NCBI RefSeq assembly: GCF_009914755.1
Contig: NC_060933.1
Source: the human T2T-CHM13v2.0 reference genome, Homo sapiens
Reading direction: 5' to 3' (one strand)
DNA length: 64,000 nt
Under the pieces are notes generated by a model. It made no database searches. It was not told the DNA's origin and saw nothing but the letters and a program-made list of their open reading frames with translations. Positions 41,742 through 57,922 of the stretch are shown here, in pieces (positions within the stretch are counted from its first letter, which is position 1; every line of letters begins with the position of its first letter). A program made the position numbers and the translations under genes.

Positions 41742-42779
41742 GTCACTGCCTACTTCATATATAGAAAAGGGATGAAATAAATCTTGGGAAACGTCCATCC
41801 CCAGGCCCATGCTGGCCTAGTTAGGGGAGATATGAGAGGAGAGGAAGAAAACAGAAACATTGTAAAGCAGACAATGCTAGGAAATCAATTCTTGTTTCAG
41901 AAGGGAGAATCCCAAGGGACAATTCATCAGAAAAAGAAGAGGGAATTACAAGAATTTGCACTATACGGTATAGCTAGGAGGCCACCGTGTGCTCAAAAAT
42001 AGTTGCTGGATTGAAATATGTAAGAACCTTATGTCATTTGTAAAACAATAAATTACAGCTTTTCCTGAAGAAGAATTGCTTCATTTAGAAAAATTTAAAC
42101 GAGACTCTGTATTCCTTTCAGTTCCTTGACTATATGCGTATCTAGTTTTATGTAGAAACAATTTACTGTTTCCTCATTTTCCCTCTAAAAGACCTACTTT
42201 TAGAGACGTTTTGTTGTATAATATAATCTCCACAAATACGTTTCACAGCTGAATAATAGTCCATGGTGTCAAGACATGATCATTCCCTTAGGCCCTCTGC
42301 TATCACTGGACACTTGGTTGTTTCTAACTTATCAGTACTGCAAATGTTGACATAAAAGAGAGCCTTTGCGCATGCAGCTTTTATTATATCCACTGAATTA
42401 TTTCTGAACCTAATTCACAAGGAAATGAACATTTCTACAACTCTCGATTGATGTTGCTAAATGTTTTGTCAGTTTTCACCACTGGCAGTAATCACTAGGA
42501 GCATATGAATTTTCCTGCAAACTCAGCAGCTTTGGTTTTTGCTATCTTTGCTATCTTCATAGTTGGAAATGGTGTTTCATTGAGTAGTTGTAATATGGTT
42601 ATTCAAGAATTTGTGGCTTCTGATTGGTGGAAGGAATGTCAACCTTCTCACTATATTCTGACTGGTTGGCTCCAAATAAAAAGTGTAGAGATTTACCAGA
42701 CCTCAGTGGTAGGCAGTCTGCCTGTGCACTTGAACCTTGCTTAACTTTACCTACACCTTCCATCAACAAATGGCCCTGC

Positions 42780-42985
42780 AGTTTGAGGCTTCAGTGAGCT
42801 ATGATTGCCCCACTGCAGCCTAGCTTGGGTGACAGAGTGACAGCCTGCCTCTAAATTTATGTATATATTTATATAATATTATATATGTGAATAAATATAT
42901 TAATTTATAATTATATAAACATATATTAATTTATAATTATATAATACGTATTTTAAATTATTTTAAATACAAAAAAATTTTTAGT
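42780..42985 (+). repeat. Alu 3' fragment followed by AT-rich low-complexity tail
   Basis: cagtgagctatgattg...gggtgacagagtga, then a TA-rich tract with internal duplication atatattaatttataattatataa. Confidence 0.75.
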
Positions 42986-43989
42986 GGCCTGCTCTAAACT
43001 TGAGTCTCAGTTCTGGAGACACAGTAATGTTTAAGCTACTTTTAATTAGATCATTTCTGTTGGACTCTGTGTGAGCTTTCCCTACAGTTGTCAAATGTTT
43101 ACCATTTTTATCTTTCTTGATAAATATTTTTGCACATATAATTATGTATAATATAGTTACATTATGTGATACAATTTATATATATCATATAACATGCTAC
43201 GCATTAGGATATATACATAATTATATATACTTACACATAACCTATACTGGTATAATATTTATGTAAATTAATTATATGTATTATTTTACTTTCATGTGGT
43301 TAATTTATGTGCATAATTATATATTCATATCCATAGAAAGCCTACATTGGTACAATATTTACATATGTTCTATTTGTCTTTCATATAAGAATCAGTAACA
43401 GTGAAACAGGGGCGTCAGTCTGTAGATAGCAGACACTCCAGAAAGGCCTTCCCTACCTGAAGAACTTAGAGAGGCGGAGACCACCAAGACTTTGTGTTTC
43501 CCACTACAAGCCACGAGCAGCCATTCCATGTTCTGTGGTTCTCAAACCTAAGCAAGCTTCCAAATGCTCCAGCAAGCTCTTTACCCACAGACCGCTGGTC
43601 CCACCCCAGGGTTCCTGACTCAGTAGGTGTGGGTGGCTCCCAGGTGATGGCAGTGATACTCAGTTGATTCCCACCTAAACAAGGCCTTCTGACTGCTCAG
43701 CCACTGTGCAATTCTGTAATTCCAAACTGAAAATAAAATTTCTGGACACATTCCAAGCATAGGATAGAATAGACTGAACATATCTGCCTGCCCAGAATCT
43801 GGGGAACAGCAAGATGGTCAGCCTTGAGAGGGCTAGCAAGACAAAATCCTAGCAGAGCTGCTGACACAGCAGCTTCGTGGAGCTCAGGAGAACCCCGTGA
43901 CGCAAAGTCCCTCTGCAACAGAGTTCCCAGCCCTGGCCACATCCTAATTTAAAAAGCCAAGAATTTAAACCAAGAACCCCTCAAAATAA

Positions 43990-44200
43990 TAGGAATAGCC
44001 AAAAAATATGTGCCAGGCACTCTTCTAAGTACTTTAAATGTGTTTTCACGCTAATGATGTAGGTACTGTCATTATCCCTGTTTCACAGATAAGAAAACTG
44101 AGGCATGGGGCAGCTAAGTAACCTGCCAAGGTCACAGCCAGTTAAGGCTATAGCCAGGACTCAGCTCCAGCCACTCTGACTCCAGGCTCAGCTGTGAATG
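43990..44200. mobile_element. MIR
   Basis: tgtgccaggcac...acagataagaaaactgaggc...aagtaacctgccaaggtcacagc core. Confidence 0.75.
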
Positions 44201-45360
44201 ACTGACCTCTGCAGCTTTAGGAGTGAGTAACACCGGGTACTTGGGAAGTAAGTGCAAAAGCAGGGCAGGTGCTAAAATGAGGAGGCTTGGATGGAAGCCT
44301 GTTTAAAAAGCAGTTTGATCTCCCCAGTCCCCTTCCCACTCTACACATCCAGGCCATAGGTGACCACCAGTATGATTTCTTTTATTTCTATGAAATGTTT
44401 AGACAAGGCAAATCTATTGAGACAGAAAGCAGATCAGTACATACCAGAGGCTTGGTCCAGGGCAGGATCAGAAACTGATGACAAAGGGTAAAGGACACAT
44501 TTTAGAACTGGATTGTGGTGGTGGTTTTATAATCCTGTAAGTTTACTAAGATATTGAATTGTACATTTGAAATGAGAGAATTTTATAGCATGTAACTCAT
44601 GCCTGAAAAAAACCTGTTTTAAGAAAAGGTGTGTGGAAATACATTTATAAAAAACAGAAACTAAGATATTACTTTATATAAAACCATTTCCATTGTGATT
44701 CTCCCAGTGATATTATGGGCTAGGCCTTATAATCATTTGTTTCTCATACAAGATGTTACATCAAGTCAGCTGCCCTGCACCTTGCTAGCAGCGTAGCTGT
44801 TGGGGTGGAGTGGCGTGAGATAGGGAGAAAGAGATCTGACAAAATAAAGGATCTGCAACTTTAGCAAAAGAGAGATAATTATTAAGTTGTTGAAATTAAG
44901 TGCCCTATACTTTGAGGTTTCTCTGAAGGAACTGTACCCATGACATTAAATTTTGCAGTAGAAGTTATTCCCTTAGGGTACTTCTCAACATTAAAGGTTA
45001 GTCAGTGGTGGTGTGACTGACTCCCATCTGGAGAGAGTCTTGGAGTGTGCAAATGTGGAATGATAGTCACAAAAATATAACATTGAGAGAATAATTCGCA
45101 CAAAAACTAATGAAAATTGGTGCCTAATATTAATCCATGACCTACCCTAAAAAGTCATTTGTTTAAAAACTTGAACAATTTTTGTGTGACCTTCTTGCAG
45201 GTTTTGCTGATTGTGTTTGGTTTTCCTGGCAGCTTTTATCAAACCAGAAAAGTATAATATCTTTAAAGAGTTAGGATGGATTTAAAAGGAGATGACTGCA
45301 TTTAGCATCACCTGAAATCTCCCTTTCAAAGACAGAGAATAGCAGAGAACTGATTGATAA

Positions 45361-45484
45361 TAACCTGTAATGCTACATATGAATAATATAATAAAACATG
45401 AGTGATAGATAATGATCTGTAATACCACAGTAATCTGTAATGCTATACGTGAATAATATATGAGTGATATATAATCTGTAATAC
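45361..45484. repeat. Diverged ~55-70-bp tandem duplication
   Basis: taa(c/t)ctgtaatgcta...tgaataatata...tgagtgata...atctgtaatac occurs twice. Confidence 0.7.
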
Positions 45485-45759
45485 ATATGTGAACATTTTC
45501 ATACCCTGAGCCTGCAGGCTACTGTCTGATAATATTTAGTTGTGATTATAGGTTAGCATTGCCTTGTATTTCCCTCCCTGCATTAGACACTGGCTCTAGG
45601 GCTGTGTTCCAGGAGGAGACAGCCTTTCAAATCCAAATGTTCCAAATGGGGGTTTAGAACAACCGTTACTTAATACTACCTAGTATCCACGCCACCTGTA
45701 ATGACTATGTTAATTGATAGGAGAATAAAGCTATAGGTCAACATGTGATTGGCTTGGTA

Positions 45760-46130
45760 TTTTCAGGATAGACTAGGTTATACTATGGCAACAAAAGACT
45801 TCAACATCTCCATGGCTCATTTACTCCTCTCTCCACACATCCATCCCTGGTCAGATGGGGCTCTGTCCCCTGTTGTCTACTCTCTGGAATGAAGCAGACA
45901 AAGTAAACTCTATCTGGACTTTGTGCACACAACTGTATGCAAAAGAAAGAGTGCTGGCAATGCTCATGCAGCCCTTCAAGTTTCCACCAGGAAGCAACAT
46001 AAATCACAGTTGCTTACATTTCACTGGCCAGAGCAAGTCATATGGCCATGCCTGAGTACAGCAGGGTGGAGCTACACAATCCTTCCAGGGAGGGAGAGCA
46101 ATGATTGGTGAATGGCAATGCAGTGTTCCA
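45760..46130 (-). mobile_element. Old MLT1 (J/K/L-like) LTR
   Basis: cacagttgcttacatttcactggccagagcaagtcatatggccatgcct motif. Confidence 0.55.
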
Positions 46131-46940
46131 CAGCCACTCATGTCTACTGGCTAGGCTGCCCTAAGCATCTCTGTATCTTCATCATCTCAGCTCTGCCTGG
46201 AACACATTACAAGCTCATTCACATCTCAGGAAAGACCACCCCAATGTATGGTAATGAATGAAGAACAATAAATCCTAAAGCCACATAGTCCAGAGCTTGA
46301 CTAAAGAAAGGCCCAGAGCCTTTACTATGAAGGAATGCCACCTACCATGCTCAAGAGCAACGGGGCCTGCCCACATGGCCCCATGACCAAGTGAGAAGAT
46401 AAATGTAGAACAGGTAATCATGAAATTACGTGTTATAAAACGAGAAGAACAGGGCTTCTGGGATCATTTAAATAGACACCTAAAATACAGGCACACATAA
46501 AGAAGAAAATTAAACCATGGCTAACATTGTCTGCTCTTTTATTCTCTGAGTATATTTTTCCACATGAATAAAATCATGTGGCTTCATTTCCCATTTTTTT
46601 CATTTAGTGATATGGTGAGTATTTGACCTTACCAAAGGACATTCTTCTAAGAAAGCTACCTTCTTAACCTGGGGTCCATGGAATGTCAGTGGGAGGAAAA
46701 TGAGTCATTAAGTGTAATTTAGCATTTCAATAACATATAGATGCAGGCAATAGCCACAGTAGTTGGTTATCACAGTACAGTTGCTACATATCTTTTAAAA
46801 TATCATTTATGTTTCTTACTCCCCCAAAATTATAGTAGTAATAATTACCACCACTATATCTGGATATTTTATGAATTAATAAAGAAGCATCTATATTAGT
46901 ATATGACATGTTTTTTAATATTGATAATTACATTTCATAC

Positions 46941-47172
46941 ACAGTCAGCCCTCCATGTCTGCAAGTTCTATATCCTCAGAGTCAACCAATCACAAATCAA
47001 AAATACACTATTTGAGGGATGCAGAACTGATAGATATGGAAGGCCAACTCTTCATATCCACAGGTTTAGCAAGACAGATTGTGGGACTTGAGCATCTGTG
47101 GATTTTGGTATCCATGAGGTTGTGAGGGGAGGTGTCTTGGAACCAAGCACCCATGTATACTGAGGGACAACT
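46941..47172. mobile_element. Tigger4a/MER46A-like DNA transposon
   Basis: cagtcagccctcc...ggacttgagcatctgtggattttggtatcc...tactgagggacaact. Confidence 0.7.
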
Positions 47173-48042
47173 TAATTGGTTGCCTTTGAAATTCTATAAA
47201 TTTTATTTTAAGACAGTATTCTGTCTAAAACTATGCTGCATAATGGAGACTTTAGGTCTAAGGATGCACATAGGTTGAAAGTGAAATGCTGGAAAAAGAT
47301 ATTTTATCCAGATAGTAACCAAAAGAAAGAAGGTGTGGCTATACTAACATCAGAAAAATATAGACTTTAAGTCAAAAGCCTGTTACTAGAGACAAAAGGG
47401 AACATTATATAATGATAAAAGGGTCAATTCATCAAAAAGATATAATAATTATGAACATACATGCACCAAACATCAAAACTCCTAAATAAATGAAGCAAAC
47501 ATTGACAGAATTGAAGGGAGAAATAGCTCTAAAATAATAGTAGGAGATTTCAATGCTCCACTATCAATAATGAATAAAACCAGACAGAAGATCAATAAAG
47601 AATGAGAGTAATTGAACAATGCTATAGACTAAATCAACTAACACACAAACAGAGAACACTCCATTTAACAAAAGGATAATACACATTTTTCTCAAGTACA
47701 CATGGAACATTCTCCAGGACAGATAATACGTAAGACCACAAAACAAGTCTTAATGAATTTTAAAACACTGAAATCATACAAAGTATTTTTTCTAATTGTA
47801 ACGAAATTTAACTAGAAATCAATACCAGATGAAAAACTGAAAAATCCACAAATATGAAGAAATCAAACAATACACTCTTAAATAACCAATAGGTCAAAGA
47901 AGAAACTATAAGGAAAATAAGAAAATATCTTGAGCCAAATGAAAATGAAAACACAGCATACTAAAGTTTATGGGGTCTAGCAAAAATAGTACTAAGAGGA
48001 AAATGTAAACCTGTAAATGATTACATTTGAAAAAAAGAAAAG

Positions 48043-50745
48043 TAATCAGGCAAGAGAAAAAAATAAAAGGCATCCAAATTGGAAAGAAATAAGTTAAATT
48101 GTTCATTTGCAGACAACATGATCCTGCATGTAGAAAACCCTAAAGACTCCACTAAAACGCAGTTTTGAATTATTAAAGAAATTCAGCAAAATTGTGGGAT
48201 ACAAAATTAACATACAAAAATCAGTAGTATTTCTGTACACTAATAGCAAACTATATGAAAAAGAAATTGAGAAAACAATCCCATTGACAAGAGCTACAAA
48301 TAAAATATTTAGAAACAAATTTAACCGAGGAGGTAGAAGATCTTCATATTGAAACAAAACACTAATGAAAGAAATTGAAGAAGACACAAATAAATGGAAA
48401 GATATTCCATATCATAGGCTGGAAGAATTCATATTGTTAAAATGCCCACACTTCCCAAAGTGATCCACAGATTGCATATAATCTCTATAAAAATACCAAT
48501 TACAGTCTTCACAGAAATACAAAAAACAGTTCTCAAATTATTGTGAAAACACAAAATACCTCAAATAAAGCGATATTGAGCAAAAATAACACAGCTGGAG
48601 ACATCATATTACCTGACTTCAAAATATATGACAAAACTACAGTAACCAAAACAGCATGATACTGGTATAAAAATATACACATAAATCAATGGAACAGAAT
48701 GGAGAATACAGAAATAAATTCATATATTTGTAGCCAACTGATTTTCCACAAAAGCATCAGAACACATAATGAAGGAAGAACAATCCTTTCAGTAAGTGGT
48801 ACAGGGAAAACTGGACATCCACATGCAGAAGAATAAAGGTATACCTCTATCTCTCCCCATATACAAAAATCAACTAAACATGAATTAAAGACTTAAATGT
48901 TAGACCTGAAACACTAAAAGTACTAGAAGAAAACATAGGGAAAATGTTTATTAAGATAAGATTAGTCTGGGCAAGAGTTTTTTCAATAACTTGAAAAGCA
49001 CAAGCAATAAAAGCAAAAAATAGACAAATTAGATTATATGTAACTAAAAATATTCTGCACAGCTAAGGAAACAATCCATGGAATAAAAAGACAATCTATA
49101 AAATGGGAGAAAATATTTACAAACTATGCATCTGACATGTGGTTAATATCCAGAACATATAAGGAACTTGAACAACTCAATAGCAAGAAAAAAAAAATCC
49201 AATTTAAAAATTGGTAAAAGATCTTTCTTACTCTGTTTGTGTTACTATAAAGGAATACCTGAGTCTGGGTAATTTATAAAGAAAAGAGATTTATTTGGCT
49301 CACAGTTCTGTAGACCAAGAAGCGTGGCTACAACATCTGTTTCTGATGAGGGCCTCAAGCTGCTTCAACTTAAGGCCAAAGGCAAAGAGGAGCTAGCATA
49401 TGCAGAGATCACATGGCAAGAGAAAAAGTAAAAGAGAGAGAAAGGAGGTGCTAAGCTCTTTTTAACAACCAGCAATCATGGGAACTAATAGATCAAGAAC
49501 TCACTGATTACCTCAAGGATGACACCAAGCCATTCATGAGCCATTCAACACCTTTCATTAGGCCCTACCTCTAATATTGAGGATCAAATTGCTTTCTTTA
49601 ATTTTATTTTTTTATATTTTGTAGAGAGAGTCTTTCTATGTTTCCCAGGCTGTTCCTGAACACCTACCTCTTGCTTTGGCCTCCCACAGTGCTGGGATTA
49701 GAGGTGTGAGCCATCATACCTGGCCAAAGATCAAATTTCAACATGAGGTTTCGGGCGGGGGGGCAAACATCCCAAGTATAGCAAAACCTAAGTAGACATT
49801 TTTTTCAAAAGAAGATATACAAATAACCAACAGATATATGAAAAAATGCTCAACACCATGAATCATCAGAGAAATGCAAATGAATATTACAATGAGATAT
49901 CGCCTCACTCCAATTAGAATGGCAATTATCAAAAAGACAAAAAATAACAAATGCTGGCATGGATATGAAGAAGGAAAATTCTTATATACTGTTAGTGGAA
50001 ATGTAAATTAGTACAGCCATTATGGAAAACAGTAGGGACGCTCCTCAAAAAATTAAAAATAGAACTGTGTGTGAGTCAGCAATCCAACTACTGAGTATAT
50101 GTCCAAAGTAAATGAAATCAGTATGTCAAAGAGATATCTGCACTGCTATGTTTACTGTAGCATTATTCACAATAACCGAGATATGGAATCAGTCTGAGTT
50201 CATCAACAAATGAATGGATAAATAAAATTTGGTACATATGCACAATGGAATACTACTCATCCACAAAAAAAAGTAAAATCCTGTCATTTGTAGCAATGTG
50301 GATGAACCTGGAAGACGTCATATTAAGTTTAATAAACAAGGTCAGAGAGATAAATAGCACATGATCTCACTCATATGTGGAGTCTAAAGAAGTTGATCTC
50401 ATAGAAGTAGGGAGTGGAATGGTGGTTATCAGAAGCTGGGAAGGGGAGAGGGAGATAAGATGAGACTGGCCAGCGGGTACTATCTTTTGGTTTGATAGGA
50501 GGAAAACGTTCTGGTGTTTTATTGCACAGTAGGGTGACTACAGTTAACAATATTGCATTGTATATTTCAAAATAGCTATAAGAAGGGATTTTGAATGTTC
50601 TCACCTCAAAGAAATAATAAATGTATAAGGTGATAGATATGCTACATACTCAGATTTGATTTTTACACAATGTATATATGTATCAAAACATCACGCTGTA
50701 CCTCATAAATATGTACAACTGTTATGTGTCAATTAAAAAGAAAAT
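48043..50745 (+). mobile_element. L1MA-like ORF2 3' half and 3'UTR nested in the older L1
   Basis: Starts at aatcaggcaagag (RT region), ends with an L1MA-type 3'UTR and A-rich tail. Confidence 0.75.
49225..49783 (-). mobile_element. MST LTR containing a FLAM/Alu monomer (~49591-49725)
   Basis: gaatacctgagtctgggtaatttataaagaaaag...; monomer flanked by TSD gatcaaatt (49582-49590 / 49729-49737). Confidence 0.75.
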
Positions 50746-51374
50746 TTTAAAAGTTATCGCTGTTTCTTTAAAAATCAAAAAAATTACAAATCAACAATCT
50801 ACCTTAAGGAACTAGAAAAAGAAAAATAACTAAGCCCAAGTCTAACACAAGAAAGAAAACAAAAAAGATTAGAGCAGAGATTAAACAAAATAGAGACTGG
50901 AAAAACCACAGAGAAAAATCAGCAAAATCAAGAGTTCGTTCTTCAAAAAAATCAACAAAACAAACGTTTAGCTACACTGAGATTTAAAAAGAGAGAAGAC
51001 TAAAATAACTAAAATCAGAAATAAAAGAGATTACAATCAATTTTACAGACACTAAAAGGATTATACATAATTGTTATACAATTATAGATCAACAAATTAG
51101 AAAGCCTAGATGAAATTGATAAATTCCTAGACACACACTATCTACTTATACTGAATCATAAAGAAATAGACAACCTGAACAAACTTATAACTAGTTATCA
51201 GATTGAATCAATACTCAAAAGCATCCCAGTGAAGAAAAGCCCAGGGCAAAATGGGTTTACCAAGAATACTACCACACATCTAAAACAGAATTAACACCAG
51301 TTCTCCTAAAACTCTTTCAAAAATTAGAAGAGGAAGAATACTTCCAAACTCTTCTATAAGGCAGCATTGCTCTG

Positions 51375-51777
51375 TGTGTTAGTCTGTTCTTACATTGCTA
51401 TGAAGAAATACCTGAAACTGGGTAATTTACAAAGAAAAGAGGCTCATGGTTCTGCAGGCCATACAGGAAGCATGAGGCAGGCATCTGCTCAGAGAAGCCT
51501 CAGAAAACTTGCAATTTTGGCAGAAGGTGAAGGGGAAGCAGGCACATCTTACATGGCTAGAGCAGGAGGAAGAGAGAGTGGAGAAGGTGCGACACACTTT
51601 TAAAAAACCAGATCTCATGATAACTCACTTTCACCACAACACCACCAAGGCAGATGGTATTAAACCATGAGAAACTGACCCCATGATCCAATCACCTCCC
51701 ACCAGGCCCCACTTCCAACACTGGGGATTACTGTTCAACATGAGATTTGGGTGGGGACACAGATCCAAACCATATCA
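51375..51777 (-). mobile_element. MSTA solo LTR
   Basis: tgtgttagtctgttct...gatccaaaccatatca. Confidence 0.85.
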
Positions 51778-52353
51778 TCCTGATACCAAAGCCAAAGACA
51801 CTAATCAGAAAAAGACAGTACAGATAAATATATCTGAGAAATATTGATGAAAAAAATCCTTAACAAAATATTAGCACAGAGAAATCGACAGCACATTAAA
51901 GGATTATACACCATGACTAAGTGAAATTTATTCCTAGAATGCAAGAATGGTTCAACATAGGAAAAGCAATCAATATAATATACACATAAACAAAATGAAA
52001 GGAAAAAAACCCAACATGGTCATCTGATTTGATGCATAGAAAGCATTCAAAAAATTTTAACACCTTTTTATGACAAAAAAACACTCAACAAACTAGAAGT
52101 AGAATAAAACAATCTCAACATAATAAATTCCATATACGAGGAGCCCACGCCTAGCATTATATTCAATGATAAAAGACTAAGAGCTTAGCAAGGACGCCAG
52201 CTTTCACCACTTCTACTCAATATAGTACTAGAAGTTCTAGCCAGAGAAATTAGTCAAGGAAAAGAAATAAAAGGCATAAACATAGGAAAGGAAGTAGTAC
52301 AATTATCCCTGTTTGCAGATGATGTGATCTTATATGTAGAAAATCTTAAGGAT

Positions 52354-52356
<3 letters not shown>

Positions 52357-52392
<36 letters not shown>
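52357..52392. repeat. (AC)n microsatellite
   Basis: Direct read. Confidence 0.95.
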
Positions 52393-52393
<1 letters not shown>

Positions 52394-52829
52394 TTAGAAC
52401 TAATAATCAAATTCAGAAACGTTGCAGGATACAAAGTTAACATCCAAAAGTCAGTGGTGTTTCTGTACACTAAAAATGAACAATCCAAAAAGGAAATTAA
52501 GAAAACAATTTCATTTATAATAGTATCAAAAATAATAAAATACTTACGAGTAAACTTAACCAAGGAAGTGATAGAATTGAACACTAAAAACTACAAGGTG
52601 TTACTAAAATAAAGAGGACACAAATAAATGAAAATACATCTATGTTCATGGATTGGAAGGCTTAATATTGTTAAAATGTCAATATGCCCAAAGTAATCTA
52701 CATATTTAATGCAATCTCATCAAACTCTCAATGGTGCTTTTGTTTTGTTTTGCAGAAATAGAAAAGTCCATCCTAAAACTCATACAGAATATTAAGAGAT
52801 CTGATAGCCAAAGTATTCTTGAAAAAGAA

Positions 52830-53405
52830 CATTATATTTAAAAAGATACCTGTACTCATATGTTTGTTGCAGCACAATTCACAATTGCAAAGATATGGAA
52901 TGAACCTAAGTGCCCATCAACAGATGAATGGATAAAGAAAATGTGAGAGAGATATATATATATAAAATATACACATATGCATATGTGTATATACATGCAT
53001 ATATATATGTATATGTATGTATACCATGAAATACTACCTAGCCATTAAAAAAGAATGAAATAATGTCTTTGCAGCAACTTCAATGAAACTGGAGGTCATT
53101 ATCCTAACTGAGGTAACTCAGGAATGGAAAACCAAATACCTCATGTTGTCACTTATGAGTGGCAGCTAAGCCATGGGTACCCAAAGGCATGCAGAGTGGT
53201 ATAACAGACATTAGAAACTCAGAATGGGGGAGGGAGAGAGGTTGGAAAGGGATACAAAATCACCTGTTGGGTACAGTGCACACTATTTGGGTGATGGATA
53301 CACTAAAAGCCCAGACTTCACCACTGTGCAATTTAACTATGTGACTGAAAACCACTTGTACCCCTAAAGCTATTGAAATAAAAAAAATTTTTAATTTAAA
53401 AAAAA
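52830..53405 (+). mobile_element. L1PB-like 3' end
   Basis: gtaactcaggaatggaaaaccaaata...cacttgtacccctaaagctattgaaataaaaaa. Confidence 0.75.
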
Positions 53406-54030
53406 GAGATATCACACTTTCTTATTTCAAAAATATTACAAAGCTACAGTAATCAAAACAGTGTGGTACTGGCATAAAGACAGACATATAGACCAATGAA
53501 ACAGAATAGAGAGCTCAAAAATATACTCTTGCATATATGGTCAAATGATTTCTGACAATGGTGCCAAGACCATTCATTGATGAAAGGACAGTCATTTCAA
53601 CAAATGATGCTGGGAAAACAGGATATTCACATGCAAAAGAATAAAGTTGGACCCTTACTTTACACCATATACAAAAATTAACCCAAAATCGGTCAAAGAC
53701 CTAAATATAAGACCTCAAACTATTAAACTTTTAGAAAAAAAAAAACAGGGGAAAAACTTCAGGACGTTGGATTTGGCAATGATTTCCTGGATATGACACC
53801 AAAAGTACAGTCAATGAAAGAAAAAATAGATAAATAGGGCTGCATCTAAGTTAGAAACTTATGTGCATCAAAGAATGCAATCAATGTAGTAAAAGGGCAA
53901 CCCATGGAATGGGAGAAAATACTTGCAAATGATACACCTGATAAGGGATTAATATCTAGATTATTTTTCTAAAAAATACTATGGCTCAAGAACAACAAAG
54001 AAAATAAGCAATCTGATTTAAAAATGGTGA

Positions 54031-55498
<1,468 letters not shown>

Positions 55499-57406
55499 AA
55501 TGGTGAAAGGAATTTTAAAGACATTTTTCCAAAGATATACAAATGTCCAATAACTACATGAAAAGATGCTGAACATCACTAATCATTAGGGAAATACAAA
55601 TCAAAACCACAATGAAATACCACCTCACACTCATTAGGATAGCTACTATTAAAAAAAACAACTCAGAAAATAAGTGTTGGCAAGGATATAGAGAAATTGG
55701 AATCTTTGTTGTTGGGAATTTAAAATGACACAGCCACCATGAAAAACATGGCAGTTCCTCCAAAAATTAAACATAGAATCACCATATGATCTAAGGATTC
55801 CACTAGTTGGTATTATACCCAAACAAATTGAAAGCAGGGACTTGAAAAGATATTTGTAAACCCGTGTTCATAGCGGCATTATTCACAGTCGCCCAAAGTT
55901 GAAGTAACCCAAGTGTCCTTCAAGTAACACAGTTGCTCCAAGTGGAAGTAACCCAAGTGTTACTGTGTTGTTTCCTGTAGGAGGAGGATGTGCTGGCCTG
56001 GGGAACTCTGCACTGGTAGAACCCTGAACTGCATGTTGTAGTTCCCAGTAAATTACCTAGTCAGGATTCTGACCTACAGGTGTCTTCCCTTCAGTCCTCA
56101 TTGGGCACTACACTACGTATGGGGAACCGCACAGCCTGCCTTCACACAGGGAGGCTGGGTACACATGGGCAGACTGATAAGGCATGGTGAGTGCACTGCA
56201 GATAGTGGGCATCTGCATCAGAGCTTCATAGAGCACAGGGAATGGAGGAGGGGACACAACTGTGCTGGTTGGGGCAAGGTCAGACCCAGAAGAGGCCTCA
56301 AGGTGATGTGACAAGAAGGTCACCAGACTGGAGGCTAACCAAGCCTGTAAGCCAGATGTTGAGTCCGAGTCACAGGGATGTCTGCCTGCTGGAGGAGAGT
56401 CAGGGAGAAGGCTAGAGAGCCCCTCAGGCAGAACTAAGGATCTGCACTAACTCTTTGGTTTAGGGGGAACCTCTGGAAGTATGATAAACCATCAGGTCAC
56501 AGGACTGGGTTTACAGCATTGGAAAGTAGGATGGAGAATAGACTGGACAGGTGAGACTGGAAGCAGAATGACCCCCTCGGAAATGTCTGCCCCCTGCCAT
56601 CTCCCATGATGAGAGATGGTGATTGGATGGACAGAAGAACTTGGGTGTCATTACCACATGAAACGCCTGGTCTGCAGACCAAAGGCCAGACACCTTGTCA
56701 TGATACATTCTCCAAGTCAGAGCTTCCTGGGCATCCCCCCTCATCAGAGGCTTCAGTCTCCCTGCAGCTTTCTCCATCCACCCTCTCCAACCCCAAGTTT
56801 CCATTGTGAAAATTTTTAAACCTAGAGAAGGGTTGGAAGAGTAGATCAAAGAGGAATGTGTCCTTCACATGATTCACAATTGTTTGCCTTCTGCAATATT
56901 CGCTTGCTGTCTTCCTATTTGAGCACATTTTTAACCCTTTGAAAGCACACTGCAAACATCATGGCACTTCACCCCCAACTCTCTCCATGTGCATTTCCCA
57001 ATAACAAGGGTGCCATGTCATCCCTAGAGCATCTCATCATGTTCGTTTGACCCAGTATTGGTTAAGTTTAAGTTTTTGGTGAAAGATATGCCCACCAGAT
57101 TTCTCCACCAGAACATCCTTCATTTTTAAGAAATCATAGTTGTAACATGAGATTCTTTTTGAAAAGCATTTTTAGTGCTGATTTCATACATTAAATTTGC
57201 CTAAAGAGGACTAGGCTACAGCATTATCTCATCCTGATATTTGGCTTGCTTAAAGGAGGGAAAAGCACCAAGTTGTACATTTTATACACTGTGACACAAA
57301 AGATTTTGTTTAAAACTTTATTCCTATACAAAGCTTCCTAGTGCTTCCATCACGTGCCCTGCAGTATGCTAATCAATGACAATGGTAATGAAAGCAGGCA
57401 CTTCTC

Positions 57407-57743
57407 TGATACGGTCTGGCTGTGTTCCCACTCAAATCTCATCTTGAATTCCCACGTGTTGTGAGAGGGACTCAGTGGGAGGTAATTGAATCATGGGGGC
57501 AGGTTTTCCTGTGCTGTTCTTGTAATGAGTAAGTCTCACGAGATCTGATGGTGGTTTTGAAAAGGGGAGTTTCCCTACACAAGCTCTCTTCTCTTGTCTG
57601 CCACCATGTGAGATGTGCCTTTCACCTTCTACCATGATTGTGAGGCCTCTCCAGCCATTTGGAAATGTAAGTGCATTAAACCTCTCTCTTGTAAATTGCC
57701 CAGTCTTGGGTATGTCTTTATCAGCAGCATGAGAACTAATACA
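57407..57743 (+). mobile_element. THE1 (THE1B-like) solo LTR
   Basis: ggctgtgttcccactcaaatctcatcttgaattcccacgtgttg...ctttatcagcagcatgaga...actaataca. Confidence 0.85.
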
Positions 57744-57922
57744 CTTCCTTTCAATCTAAGCAGGAACTCCATGTATACAGCCAGCTTGGCACAATGTAAT
57801 AAATGGTAAGAATTAAGAGATGATGAGCACAAATAGAGTAATTATGCTGCCTAAGAGATAGGGGTTGGCAGGCCGGTTTGGGGCTTCTTAGAATTTGGGG
57901 GCCTGGGGGAGCAGAAGAGAAG

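Noticed and set aside
42854-43370. AT-rich palindromic (PATRR-like) element
   Set aside because: Only short self-complementary patches inside low-complexity AT sequence; no long inverted arms.
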